A stretch of DNA of 46,280 nucleotides from a virus (Duplodnaviria > Caudoviricetes): the IMG/VR virus record IMGVR_UViG_3300037761_000203, positions 1 to 46,280 of that record. One strand, written 5' to 3'. How positions within the stretch are numbered: position 1 is the first letter of the stretch; each line of letters begins with the position of its first letter. Shown here piece by piece: positions 36,292 through 45,186 of this stretch. A program made the translations under genes and the position numbers. The notes beneath the pieces are model-generated. The model did not search any database. It was given only the letters and a program-made list of their open reading frames with translations, and was not told the DNA's origin.

Positions 36292-37624
36292 GACGCCAAA
36301 CATCGTCTACGGCCGACTGCTGGAGTCGGCCCACATTAGCGGCTACGGCTTCGAGCGCATGACGCGGGAGCTTGAGTTGTTGCTGGCTGGCGAAGACTGG
36401 AAGGTGGTCGGTCCCGGCTTCAGCGATGTCAACGCCTTCCTCAAGTCCATCGACCTGTCCGCCTTCAACATCAAGGACAGGTCTAAGCTGCACAACAGGA
36501 TCAAGGAGCTACAGCCCAAGGCGAGCACCCGGGCAATCGGCCAGATGACCGGCACGCCACAACGGACTGTGGCGGATCACCTAACTGGCAAGGTTAATGA
36601 GCGGAACCGCTCAAACCGTGGCTCAGACGATACCTATGACCAGCAGCAGAATACAACTCCTGAGCGGAATCGCTCAGCACAGCCACCTTCAGCGTTGCAG
36701 CGTTCGGCGGGAGAAGTCGCCAAGCATGCGGACACGGCCGCCCGCAAGGACAAAGCTGCCGCGCAGACGAAGGCCAAGCGTGAAGCGTCCCGGACAGCCG
36801 GGCCACTCCCGGACGGCATGGACCTTCGCCACGGCGACGCCCGTGAAGTCCTGGCCGACATCGAGCCCGAGTCTGTCGCCTTGGTGCTGACCGACCCCCC
36901 GTACGGTGACGAAGCCGAGCCGCTGTATCAGTGGTTAGCCGAGTGGGCAGCCAAGGCGTTGATCCCCGGCGGGTCACTGATCTGCTACACCGGCCAGTCC
37001 CGGCTGAACCGTGATATGCGGATCCTCGACAGCCACCTCCGCTACTGGTGGACGCTGGCTATGATGCACGACCAGTCCCAGCGGCTGGCCGGGAAGTTCG
37101 TCATCGCCGGGTACAAGCCGGTGCTGTGGTACGTCAAGGAAAACCGTCGTGGTCGCACGCTGGTGCCGGACGTGCTGAAGCCCCCGGCCCGGGACAAGGA
37201 CCTCCACAACTGGGCTCAGGGTGAGGGTGGAGTCTCCGCCCTGATCGAGCACCTGGCCGAGCCCGGCGAGCTGGTAGCCGATCCGTTCGCAGGCACCGGC
37301 ACGTGGGGGAAGTGCGGCGAAGAGACCATACACCGGGACCACCGACGTGGTTACGAGAGCGCGTCCGCCCTTGGCCAGATCGTCTGGCGTGAAGGCCCAA
37401 AGAAGATGTCGGCTGCCGACATCGATTTGGCCACGCTCAAGCTGCTCAGCAACGGTCAGCGCCTGCTACGGCTGAACGAGCAGAAGCAGCCAGACCACAG
37501 CCTCGGATGGTCGCAAGGCCAAATCTGCGGTAACCCCGACCCGGATGCGCCAGTAAAGCACGACGGCCGCGTGGATGGCTGGGTTCACCATGCCTGCGCC
37601 ACCAACGAGGAGGCCGATGCATGA
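36284..37624 (+). CDS. HTH + N4/N6 DNA methyltransferase (beta class), apparently truncated and fused at the C-terminus
   Basis: STRAIGQMTG.PQRTVADHL HTH; LVLTDPPY; V.DPFAGTGT followed by unrelated sequence. Confidence 0.8.
   Translation: MSETPNIVYGRLLESAHISGYGFERMTRELELLLAGEDWKVVGPGFSDVNAFLKSIDLSAFNIKDRSKLHNRIKELQPKASTRAIGQMTGTPQRTVADHLTGKVNERNRSNRGSDDTYDQQQNTTPERNRSAQPPSALQRSAGEVAKHADTAARKDKAAAQTKAKREASRTAGPLPDGMDLRHGDAREVLADIEPESVALVLTDPPYGDEAEPLYQWLAEWAAKALIPGGSLICYTGQSRLNRDMRILDSHLRYWWTLAMMHDQSQRLAGKFVIAGYKPVLWYVKENRRGRTLVPDVLKPPARDKDLHNWAQGEGGVSALIEHLAEPGELVADPFAGTGTWGKCGEETIHRDHRRGYESASALGQIVWREGPKKMSAADIDLATLKLLSNGQRLLRLNEQKQPDHSLGWSQGQICGNPDPDAPVKHDGRVDGWVHHACATNEEADA
36598..36677. 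repeat. Two palindromes TGAGCGG-AA-(C/T)CGCTCA within the MTase gene
   Basis: 36598-36613 and 36661-36676, 63 bp apart. Confidence 0.85.
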
Positions 37625-37887
37625 TCAGCGAGCACATCGACGAGTACGGCTCATCACACATCTCGTGCCCAATGTGCGCATGGCAGCCCTGTAGGCACAG
37701 CCAACACGCAACATGCCGGCGGTGCCAGCGCAGCATCCTACGAGGCGCGCGCTGGCGGGACGGCTACCACTGGTGGCACATCGCCGAAGATCACAGCCTA
37801 AGACGAGGGTGCCGCGCCGCCAGCTTCACGACCGAAAACGGCTGGGACGACTCGATCGACCGCAAATGGATGGCACGACCAGCATGA
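37621..37887 (+). CDS. Cys/His-rich hypothetical protein
   Basis: Coupled ORF. Confidence 0.55.
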   Translation: MISEHIDEYGSSHISCPMCAWQPCRHSQHATCRRCQRSILRGARWRDGYHWWHIAEDHSLRRGCRAASFTTENGWDDSIDRKWMARPA

Positions 37888-37897
37888 GAGGGGCCAG

Positions 37898-38602
37898 GTG
37901 GATTGGGTGAAGCTCGCCACCGACTACTACACCGACGAACGCGTGGAGAAACTGGAGGAAGCGGCCGAACTGATCTTCGTCCGCGGCCTCGCGCGCGCCG
38001 GTGAGCTAGAGCGGGGCGGGTTCATCCCCGAGTCGAGCGTGCCGAGACTTGCTCGGAGACGCCGGTACGCAACGCTCGTCAGAGCGCTAGTCTCGTCCGG
38101 CCTGTGGACCAAGGTAGACGGCGGATACCAGATCGCCGGCTGGTCTGATTGGCAAGGCGAGCTAGACGCCCTGGCGGCGCGGCGTACGACGGATCGCGAG
38201 AGGGCTCGTCAGTATCGGCGTCGGAAGCGGGTAGCCGCCGAATCCACACCGTCACGTGATAATGGACATCCGTCACGTGATGTCACACGGGGAGAGTTAG
38301 ACGTAGAAGTAGAAGGGGTTAAGGGAGGGAACCTAGCTAGCGGTATGCCGTCCACAGGCCGCGCCCCCCCTGTGGACAACCAACCCAGGGAACCCCCACT
38401 ACGGGGCTGCCCGCGCCACCCGAACGGCACCACCGGCAACTGCGGGACCTGCAAAGACGCCCGGCTAGCCCTAGCAGCGTGGGAGGCCGAACGCCGGGAA
38501 CGGTGGCGCACCGCCGCCCGCTGCCCGACCCACCCCGACCAGCTCGCCGGCCACTGCCCGACCTGCCGCTCCGAGCGGCTCGCACGAAAGGACCCACCAT
38601 GA
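37898..38602 (+). CDS. Phage replication initiator (lambda O/RepA-like wHTH)
   Basis: W.KL..DY..D..V...A..LF..GL...G.IP...LV..GLW.....GY.I..W..WQ; SRD/VTR linker repeats; C-terminal C..H/C..C. Confidence 0.75.
   Translation: MDWVKLATDYYTDERVEKLEEAAELIFVRGLARAGELERGGFIPESSVPRLARRRRYATLVRALVSSGLWTKVDGGYQIAGWSDWQGELDALAARRTTDRERARQYRRRKRVAAESTPSRDNGHPSRDVTRGELDVEVEGVKGGNLASGMPSTGRAPPVDNQPREPPLRGCPRHPNGTTGNCGTCKDARLALAAWEAERRERWRTAARCPTHPDQLAGHCPTCRSERLARKDPP
38249..38289 (+). repeat. Putative origin iterons CCGTCACGTGAT x2 plus GTCACACG
   Basis: Direct repeats 21 bp apart inside the initiator gene, followed by a purine/A-rich tract. Confidence 0.65.
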
Positions 38603-39205
38603 CCACAGCCCGCTGCCCACACTGTGGCAAGCCTGACGCCCCGGTCGAAGATGGCGCGATCAGCCGCCACCGTCGGGCCGACTGGGACCCGAACGACCCC
38701 ACTACGGACAAGCTTCACGACATCCAGCTGTGCGCCGGCGGCGGCCTGTGGCTGCCAGTCGGCGAACGCTGCCACCACCTGGTGGCCAATCCCGACTGCC
38801 TCGACGCACAGGAGGCCACCCAATGACCACCCAGCTCGAACACGACGACACCGCCACCGACATGACCCGCGCCCAGCAGATCCGCGCCGAGGCGGTCGTC
38901 ACCGCCGCCTACATGATCGGCGGCGACATCGCCGGCACCGCCGCCGGCGTGGCCGCGCACCTGATCGAGCTGGCCGAGCCGATCGCCGACTGGATCCGCG
39001 ACGGGAGCCGGCCATGACCGCCCTGTTCTGGACCGGCGCCGCCCTCGTGGTCACACCCCTAATCGCACTTCTCGGGTTCGCGAACCTGCTGCTCTACCGG
39101 CAGGAAGGCTGGCGCGGGCCGGCCTGGTTCTGGGCCATCCTGGGCGCCATCCTCGGCCCGATCCTGGTCGGCGCCGTCCTGCTCAACGTCGGGAGCCCGT
39201 CGTGA
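38599..39205 (+). other. Three small coupled genes (38599-38826, 38823-39017, 39014-39205)
   Basis: ATGA overlaps; the last gene has two TM segments. Confidence 0.55.
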
Positions 39206-41055
39206 CCAGCCACCAGCCACCGCCGCCGAGCGTGCCGCCGCCGAGCGTGCCGCTCGACCAGCCCAAGCCGATGCCGGCCACGGCCGGCTTCCCGCACGTC
39301 GCCGGCCGCTGCCCGGCCTGCCGGGGTAGCTTGCTGTTCCTGGCCGAGGCCGGGCATGTCACCTGCTCGCGGCTGGACTGCCCGGCCCCGTGGGCGGCCG
39401 ACAACCTGTTGCACGGCATCACCGAGGCCGACCCGGACGCGTCCCGCCGCCGGGGGTGGACCGCTGCGCTGCGGTGGGAGGCCCAGCAGATCCACCCGGG
39501 CAAGCTGGAGGGTGAGGGAGACCGCGGGTACTACGCGGCTTGCCTAGAGATCGACGCGCAGCGGATCGAGTCCGGCGCACTCAGCCCGTGGGCCTACCAG
39601 CCGGAGCCTAACGAGCCGGTCGCCGACGTGCTGGCCGCCTTCGCCCGTGGCCCGCACGGGGTGACCGCCCCGCCGCCACCCCGGGTGGAGGCGTCCGGGG
39701 TGAGGTTGGACGAGCCACCCGGGCAGCGCACCGCCACCGCTCAGGCGGTAGCGGCAACCGACGAACCGCCGGTCTGCGGCAGGGAGATGGGACCGATGCT
39801 GGTCGGCGGTCGCATCCACCACTGCGAACTTCCACACGGACACCCGCTGCCGCACCGCGAGGGCGGGACCGTCTGGCAGCCCGTTGACCGCAGCAACCCG
39901 ACACCGGAGGAAGTCGCCGCGTGGGACGCTGAGGCTGACGAGCAGGAGCGGATGTTCGCCCAGGTCGCGGCCGACACTCCGGAACCGTCCGCCGCGCCCG
40001 ACCAGCCGGCCCAGGACGCCCTGGCAGCCGCCGCCCCCACCCCGGGAACCCAAGCGGACTTGGCGTCAGGGGGTGACGCGCAAAGCCAGCCGGCCGTTCC
40101 GTTGGCATCAACGCCCACCGGCCCGGCCATCCTGGGCCGGGCGCTGCTCCACCTGACATCCGGCGGGCAGCCAAACGCATGGGTGGAGCGGGACGGGTGG
40201 TGGCACAGCCACATCGCGTCGGTCCCCTTGGTCAGAGACGAGGTGAACCGCTGGGGCGACTACCGGGACATCCGGGAGGTGCTGCTGGTGGACCCGGCCG
40301 TCGCCCGGGTGCTGGAGGCGGTCAGCCGCTGGCGGCACATCTGTACCGCGATCAGCCCGGACATCGGCCAGTCGGACGTGGACGATGCCGAATCGGACGT
40401 GTGGGCCGCCGTGGACGCGCTCGGGGACACCACCGAGGCCGAGCCCACTCCGGAGCCGGCCGGGCGTGACCACCACTGGATTGAGCCCGAGGAGGTGGTG
40501 GGCTCGACGCCGCCGTGGCGGGTGGAGGCCGGGCCGCCGCCGACGGTCGGCACACCACCAGCCGACCCACCCCCGGCCGGCGGACCCGGCTGGGACCGGG
40601 ACACCGTTGCGTTGGCGCGAGCCGAACTCCACCGGTTCCCGTCGATGCAGGCAGCGCTGGATGCCCTGCTTGCCGACTGGGATATAGCTGTCCGTCAACG
40701 TGACAGCCTCGCCCGCCGGTGCGCCGTGCGGTTCGAGGAGACCCAGGCCGGCCGCGCTGAGCTGGCCGAAGCGCGCCGGATCGTGGCAGAGACGGTGGAG
40801 GCGAACTACCGGTGGGCTGCTGACCATGCCGCGCTGGCCGCCGAGCACGAGCGCGAACTGGCCGCCGCCCGCCGGGACGCCGCAGCCGACGCGCTGGAAT
40901 GGGCGCGCGAGCAGCTCGACCCGGCTCAGGTCGGCACCACCCGGATGCCGCCCGCGGTGCTGCGCCGGATCGCCGCCGAGATCCGCGCCGGAACCCGTCA
41001 GGTCCCCGGCAGCCCGGAGCCGGACGGAGGTGGCGACGGTGCCGACCATGGCTAA
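39202..41055 (+). CDS. 617-aa mosaic protein (N-terminal zinc ribbon, Pro-rich linkers, C-terminal coiled coil)
   Basis: V.GRCPAC...LFL...GH.TCS..DCP.P (DUF6085-like) start; low-complexity spacers. Confidence 0.6.
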   Translation: MTSHQPPPPSVPPPSVPLDQPKPMPATAGFPHVAGRCPACRGSLLFLAEAGHVTCSRLDCPAPWAADNLLHGITEADPDASRRRGWTAALRWEAQQIHPGKLEGEGDRGYYAACLEIDAQRIESGALSPWAYQPEPNEPVADVLAAFARGPHGVTAPPPPRVEASGVRLDEPPGQRTATAQAVAATDEPPVCGREMGPMLVGGRIHHCELPHGHPLPHREGGTVWQPVDRSNPTPEEVAAWDAEADEQERMFAQVAADTPEPSAAPDQPAQDALAAAAPTPGTQADLASGGDAQSQPAVPLASTPTGPAILGRALLHLTSGGQPNAWVERDGWWHSHIASVPLVRDEVNRWGDYRDIREVLLVDPAVARVLEAVSRWRHICTAISPDIGQSDVDDAESDVWAAVDALGDTTEAEPTPEPAGRDHHWIEPEEVVGSTPPWRVEAGPPPTVGTPPADPPPAGGPGWDRDTVALARAELHRFPSMQAALDALLADWDIAVRQRDSLARRCAVRFEETQAGRAELAEARRIVAETVEANYRWAADHAALAAEHERELAAARRDAAADALEWAREQLDPAQVGTTRMPPAVLRRIAAEIRAGTRQVPGSPEPDGGGDGADHG

Positions 41056-41262
41056 CCAGCCCGGGCCTTTCGCGGCCGCCGAGCGGATCCTGGACGGGCT
41101 GGAAGCGGCCTACGCCCGTAGTGCACCGCAGACCGAGGTTGATGCCCTGTGGGCATCAACCTCGAGAAAGAGCGCGCCATGCTGTGGCTGCTGGACGGGC
41201 TGCTGCCGATGTACCGCACCCTCGACCGGCTCGCCGCCAGGAAGGGAGCCGACCATGGCTGA
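41048..41262 (+). pseudogene. Frameshifted small gene
   Basis: MANQPGPF...EVDAL continues naturally in another frame (GINLEKERAMLWLLDGLL...ADHG*) from about 41152. Confidence 0.5.
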
Positions 41263-42555
41263 CCGCGCCCAGCACCTGATCTACGAGCAGTTGTACCGGC
41301 CGCGCCTACCGAACGACCCGCTGCCCGACCCGGACATCTCCGCCACCACCCGCCGGCTCTGGGCCACCGCCGGGCGGATCGTGGATGCACTGGCTGCGGC
41401 CGGGCTGCTGGCGCAACGGGAGCCGGCCCCAGCCGGCGGGGAGGAGCCCGAGCAGTGAGGCGATACGAGCTGATCTCCCGCGAGCACTACAGGTGGGACG
41501 ACCAGGGGCGGCGCCGACGCTGGCGGCACTGGCCCGCCTGCCACTCATGTCTCGGCACGGGCGTGCTGCGGAACAGCGAAACCGCGTGCTCGTGCGGGGA
41601 ATGGGCCAGCGAGCCGGTGCGTAACCTCCGGCGAGGGGAGGCCGACGATGCGTAGACGGAACGTACTGCTGCTCGCGGTCGCTGCGGTCATCGTGGCCGG
41701 CTGCGCGGAGGCCAGCTCCGAGGTCAACACCCCGGACGCGTGGGACAGCGTGCAGGCAGACCCGGCGCTGATCGACGGCGCCGAGCAGGCGCTGGCCGCC
41801 GCGCCACCGCCGATCGAAGGCTGGCAGGTCGGCGTGGTGCTCGCCGAGCAGCCCGACGAGTGGGCTATCACCGCGCTGACCGCGGATGGCGTGGTCTACC
41901 TGGACAGCCACGCCGGCGGTGACTGCGACTGGGAGCCGCCTGACCGGTTCGCCATCCTGGTCGACCCGGGTGACCTGATCGTCTGGTCGCTGCTCGGCGA
42001 CGACAGCCACCTGTGCATCGATGAGCTGGAGGTGCTCGTGAAGGCGGCCGCTCGACGCGGGCATGTAGGCGAGGGAGGTGGCGATGCGTAACCCGCTGAG
42101 CAACCCGGTTCCGAAGCCCACCACCCTGCCGCCGGGCCACCCCGACTTCTGGGCTGACAGCGTCCGGTTCTGGCGGGAGATGGAGGTCTTCTGGCGCCGC
42201 CAGGAGCGCGTATTGCTGATCACCATGTGGCTGTGGGGTGTCGTAGCGGTTCTGCTGGTTCTCTCGGCGGTGCTGGGGTCGGACGGTGGTTGAGTACCCG
42301 GTCACCACAGAGAGGCGTGCCATGAACGTCCTGCACCTGGACCCGTGCATCTATGTCCCTCAGGGCGCTACCGCGCAGGACCGGGCTCATGACCGGGCGC
42401 GCATCATCGCCGACCTGCAGGCCCACGCTGACGAGCTCAACCGGCGTGGTGGCCCATGGTGCTACGTCGTCGGCGTGCCGCCGTGGATGGAGCCCACCCC
42501 GCCGTGGCTGGAGAGCATCCGGGCCGAGGCCCGCCGACTCGGCCTGGACGACTGA
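41255..42555 (+). other. Small genes 41255-41458, 41455-41655, 41648-42091 (lipoprotein, VAGC lipobox), 42078-42293, 42286-42555
   Basis: Coupled ORFs; signal peptide with lipobox in 41648-42091. Confidence 0.6.
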
Positions 42556-43412
42556 TGGCCGACTGCGCCGTCTGCGGCCGTCCCCAGCCTGACACCGGCT
42601 GGGTGGACGCCCCGTGCGAGCGCGACCTGGCCGCCCAGCTCAAGGATGGCGCCGACCTGTGGCCGGAGCTGCGGGTGACCATCGCCCGGCTGGCGCGGAT
42701 GGCCGAACCGGGACCACGAGCCCGGGGTCGGGCGCCAGCGCAGCCGATCCGTCCCGACGGGCAGGCCGGCCACTACGCCGACCAGGACATCGGCGCTGTG
42801 ACCGGGCTGCCGTTCTCCTGGCTGGCCTCCGAGGTGGCGTGGGCGGTGCGCAACACGGTCACCACCTGGTGCCGGGTGGTGCTGGAGGAGCGTCACGGCA
42901 TCCAGGCCGGTCCCAGCAGCCTGCCTGAGGACACCCCGGGCCTGATGCGGTGGTTGGCTGGTCAGCTCAAATGGCTCCGGTACCAGCCGTTCGCCGGCGA
43001 GGCGTGGGATGAGCTGGCCTACGCCTGCGGCCTGATCGGGCCGGCTGTGGACCGGCCACCGCCGCGGCGGCTGGATGCCGGCCCGTGTCTGGCCCCCACC
43101 GCGGCCGGACCGTGCCGGCAGCGCCTGTCAGCCTCACCCAGGGCGGCGTTCGTCCACTGCCCGGTGTGCGGGACCACCCACAGCGCCACCGACCGCTCAG
43201 CGACCATCCTGGCCGCCGCGGTGGACATCCGGCTGACCGCGGAGGAGTGCGCCCACCTGCTCAGCTTGCACGGCTGGCCGACCCCGGCCGGTACGGTCCG
43301 CTCGTGGGCCAGCCGGCGCCGGCTGGCCGTGGCCGGCCGGATCCGGTTCGGCCAGGTGTACAAGCTGCGAGTGGCCATGAGAGAGAGGATCAACGCATGC
43401 CTGAGTTCCTGA
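42555..43412 (+). CDS. Zn-finger/HTH protein typical of the end of actinophage early regions (possible late regulator)
   Basis: C..CGR N-terminus, GPC...C...C..CG, C-terminal T..E.A..L.....GTVRSWA.R HTH. Confidence 0.7.
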   Translation: MADCAVCGRPQPDTGWVDAPCERDLAAQLKDGADLWPELRVTIARLARMAEPGPRARGRAPAQPIRPDGQAGHYADQDIGAVTGLPFSWLASEVAWAVRNTVTTWCRVVLEERHGIQAGPSSLPEDTPGLMRWLAGQLKWLRYQPFAGEAWDELAYACGLIGPAVDRPPPRRLDAGPCLAPTAAGPCRQRLSASPRAAFVHCPVCGTTHSATDRSATILAAAVDIRLTAEECAHLLSLHGWPTPAGTVRSWASRRRLAVAGRIRFGQVYKLRVAMRERINACLSS

Positions 43413-44344
43413 CCGAGGAAGAGCGCGACACTGTGGCGCTGGCCGGTGAGTTGTGGAATCAACTCTGCCGAATAGTCCCGGGCGGACCTACCCGAGCTGC
43501 CGACCTCAGTGAGCTGTGCGTCCACATCCACGCGATCCAACACGCCATCATGGCCAACGCGGCCGCCCGGGCATACCCGGGCAGATATCGGCTGCTCGGT
43601 TACAGTGCAGCGCCGGGGGCCAGCGCATGAGCATCGAGCAGCGGCGCGGAGAGCGGTGCGCCGACCCCGGGTGCCCGGACCGGTGCGAGGGCTACCAGCA
43701 CGCGCACATGCGCCTGCCCAGCCGCGCCCCAGACATCAGGCTGACCGTTGACCGCGTTGAGGGCCGGTTCGTCTACGAGGCCAACTACTGGAGCGTCGAG
43801 TACGAGCGGCTGGCAGCGTGGCTGAGGGCCAACGGGGTGGAGCCGCGCTACACGCCGACCGAGGCCACCGCCACCATCCACGACGGCAGCCTGACCATCG
43901 AGCAGTTCGCGCGAAAGGACGGCAAGCTGTACTTGGCCCCGTCCGGAGACGAGGCGGCGCGGACCACGATCACCGTGCCGCTCAAAGCTCAGCCGCCCGA
44001 CTTCTGGTCGCATGTGAGCAGGTCACCGGCATGATCTGTTATCGTGCAACGCAACACCGCCAGTGGACGAGGTGTGCCCGATGAGCGGTGTGCCCACCCA
44101 CCCGGAGGTCGTGCAGTACCTGCTCTCCCGCCACGCCCCCACCCGGTGGGCCGGGTTCCTCGACGGACTGCCCTGGCGTTACCTGCGCCCGGTGGTCACC
44201 ATCGCCATCAACTCCAAGACCCACCCGGCTCTCGCGCTCAGCACCGCCATCACCCACTCGGCCGACGCCGAGTTCAGGGCGACCGGGACCGCGCACCTCA
44301 AGCGCAAGGCGCCCACCCCGGAGCCCGGTGGCCAGGACGCATGA
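43397..44344 (+). other. Three hypothetical genes (43397-43630, 43627-44034, 44081-44344)
   Basis: RBSs and overlaps. Confidence 0.55.
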
Positions 44345-44624
44345 CCGGGGCTACGGCCGGCCGCACCAGCTGGAGCGTGAACGGTGGCGTCCACTGGTAG
44401 AGGCTGGGCAGGTCGCATGCTGGCGGTGTGGCGAGGACATCTGGCCGGGCCAGGCGTGGGACCTCGGCCATGATGACGACGACCGAACGCGGTACGCCGG
44501 GCCTGAGCATGCGAGCTGCAACCGCGGCGCGGGTGCGGTGCGTGGTGGGTACGCCCGTCACCACCGGTCACGGTGCTGGTGCGGGGACAGATGCAGACTG
44601 CACGTCCCAATCAACCAGCTCTGA
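44328..44624 (+). CDS. Terminase-associated HNH-like protein
   Basis: RGYG..HQ..R..W...V..G...CWRCG..I.PG..WDLGH.D......GPEH..CNR.AG; immediately upstream of TerS. Confidence 0.8.
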   Translation: MARTHDRGYGRPHQLERERWRPLVEAGQVACWRCGEDIWPGQAWDLGHDDDDRTRYAGPEHASCNRGAGAVRGGYARHHRSRCWCGDRCRLHVPINQL

Positions 44625-44760
44625 TGGGACAGATAGCAAGATTCTTTTCAAATCGGACATATCATGACCCTGCCAGCCATGCGGCCAAGTCCCCCTCCGT
44701 GACCCCCCGTGTCCCCTCCGTAGTGGACGCACCCCCCGTGCGATACGTCAGGATGACGAC

Positions 44761-45186
44761 ATGCCACCGAAGCGCCAACTGAAAGCGGTCCCTGACCAGC
44801 CAACCCGCGAGCCCGCCCCCGACCTTCGTGACGCGGTCCGCACCGCCGTGGAGGCGATGGACTGGCTCAAGGCCACCGACGCGGCCATGAAGGCGCTGGC
44901 GCTGCGGCAGGCCGAGGAGATTGAGAAGTCGGTGGACCGGGCGGCGGAGCTGGCGGAGCTGCGGCGAGAGCTGGCCGCCGATGACTCGGCCCTCAAGCGG
45001 CTACGGCTGCTGGAGGCGCAATGCGACCTGACCAAGACCGTCGGGTGGCTGGGTCCGCAGCTGCAGGGGGTGCTGCGTGACCTCGGGGGCACGCCGGCGG
45101 CGCGCAGGGCAATGAGACCGGACAAGCCGATCGGGGGCCGCCTTGCCGAGCTTCGCGCCGCCGCTGAGGGGGAAGACGACTCCTAG
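44761..45186 (+). CDS. terS: Terminase small subunit
   Basis: L...D.A...LA...A..I...LGP.L...L..LG.TPAAR; lies upstream of TerL. Confidence 0.85.
   Translation: MPPKRQLKAVPDQPTREPAPDLRDAVRTAVEAMDWLKATDAAMKALALRQAEEIEKSVDRAAELAELRRELAADDSALKRLRLLEAQCDLTKTVGWLGPQLQGVLRDLGGTPAARRAMRPDKPIGGRLAELRAAAEGEDDS

Noticed and set aside
36598-36613. Similarity to the lac operator (TGAGCGGA)
   Set aside because: Only a short core matches; the flanks differ and there is no vector context.
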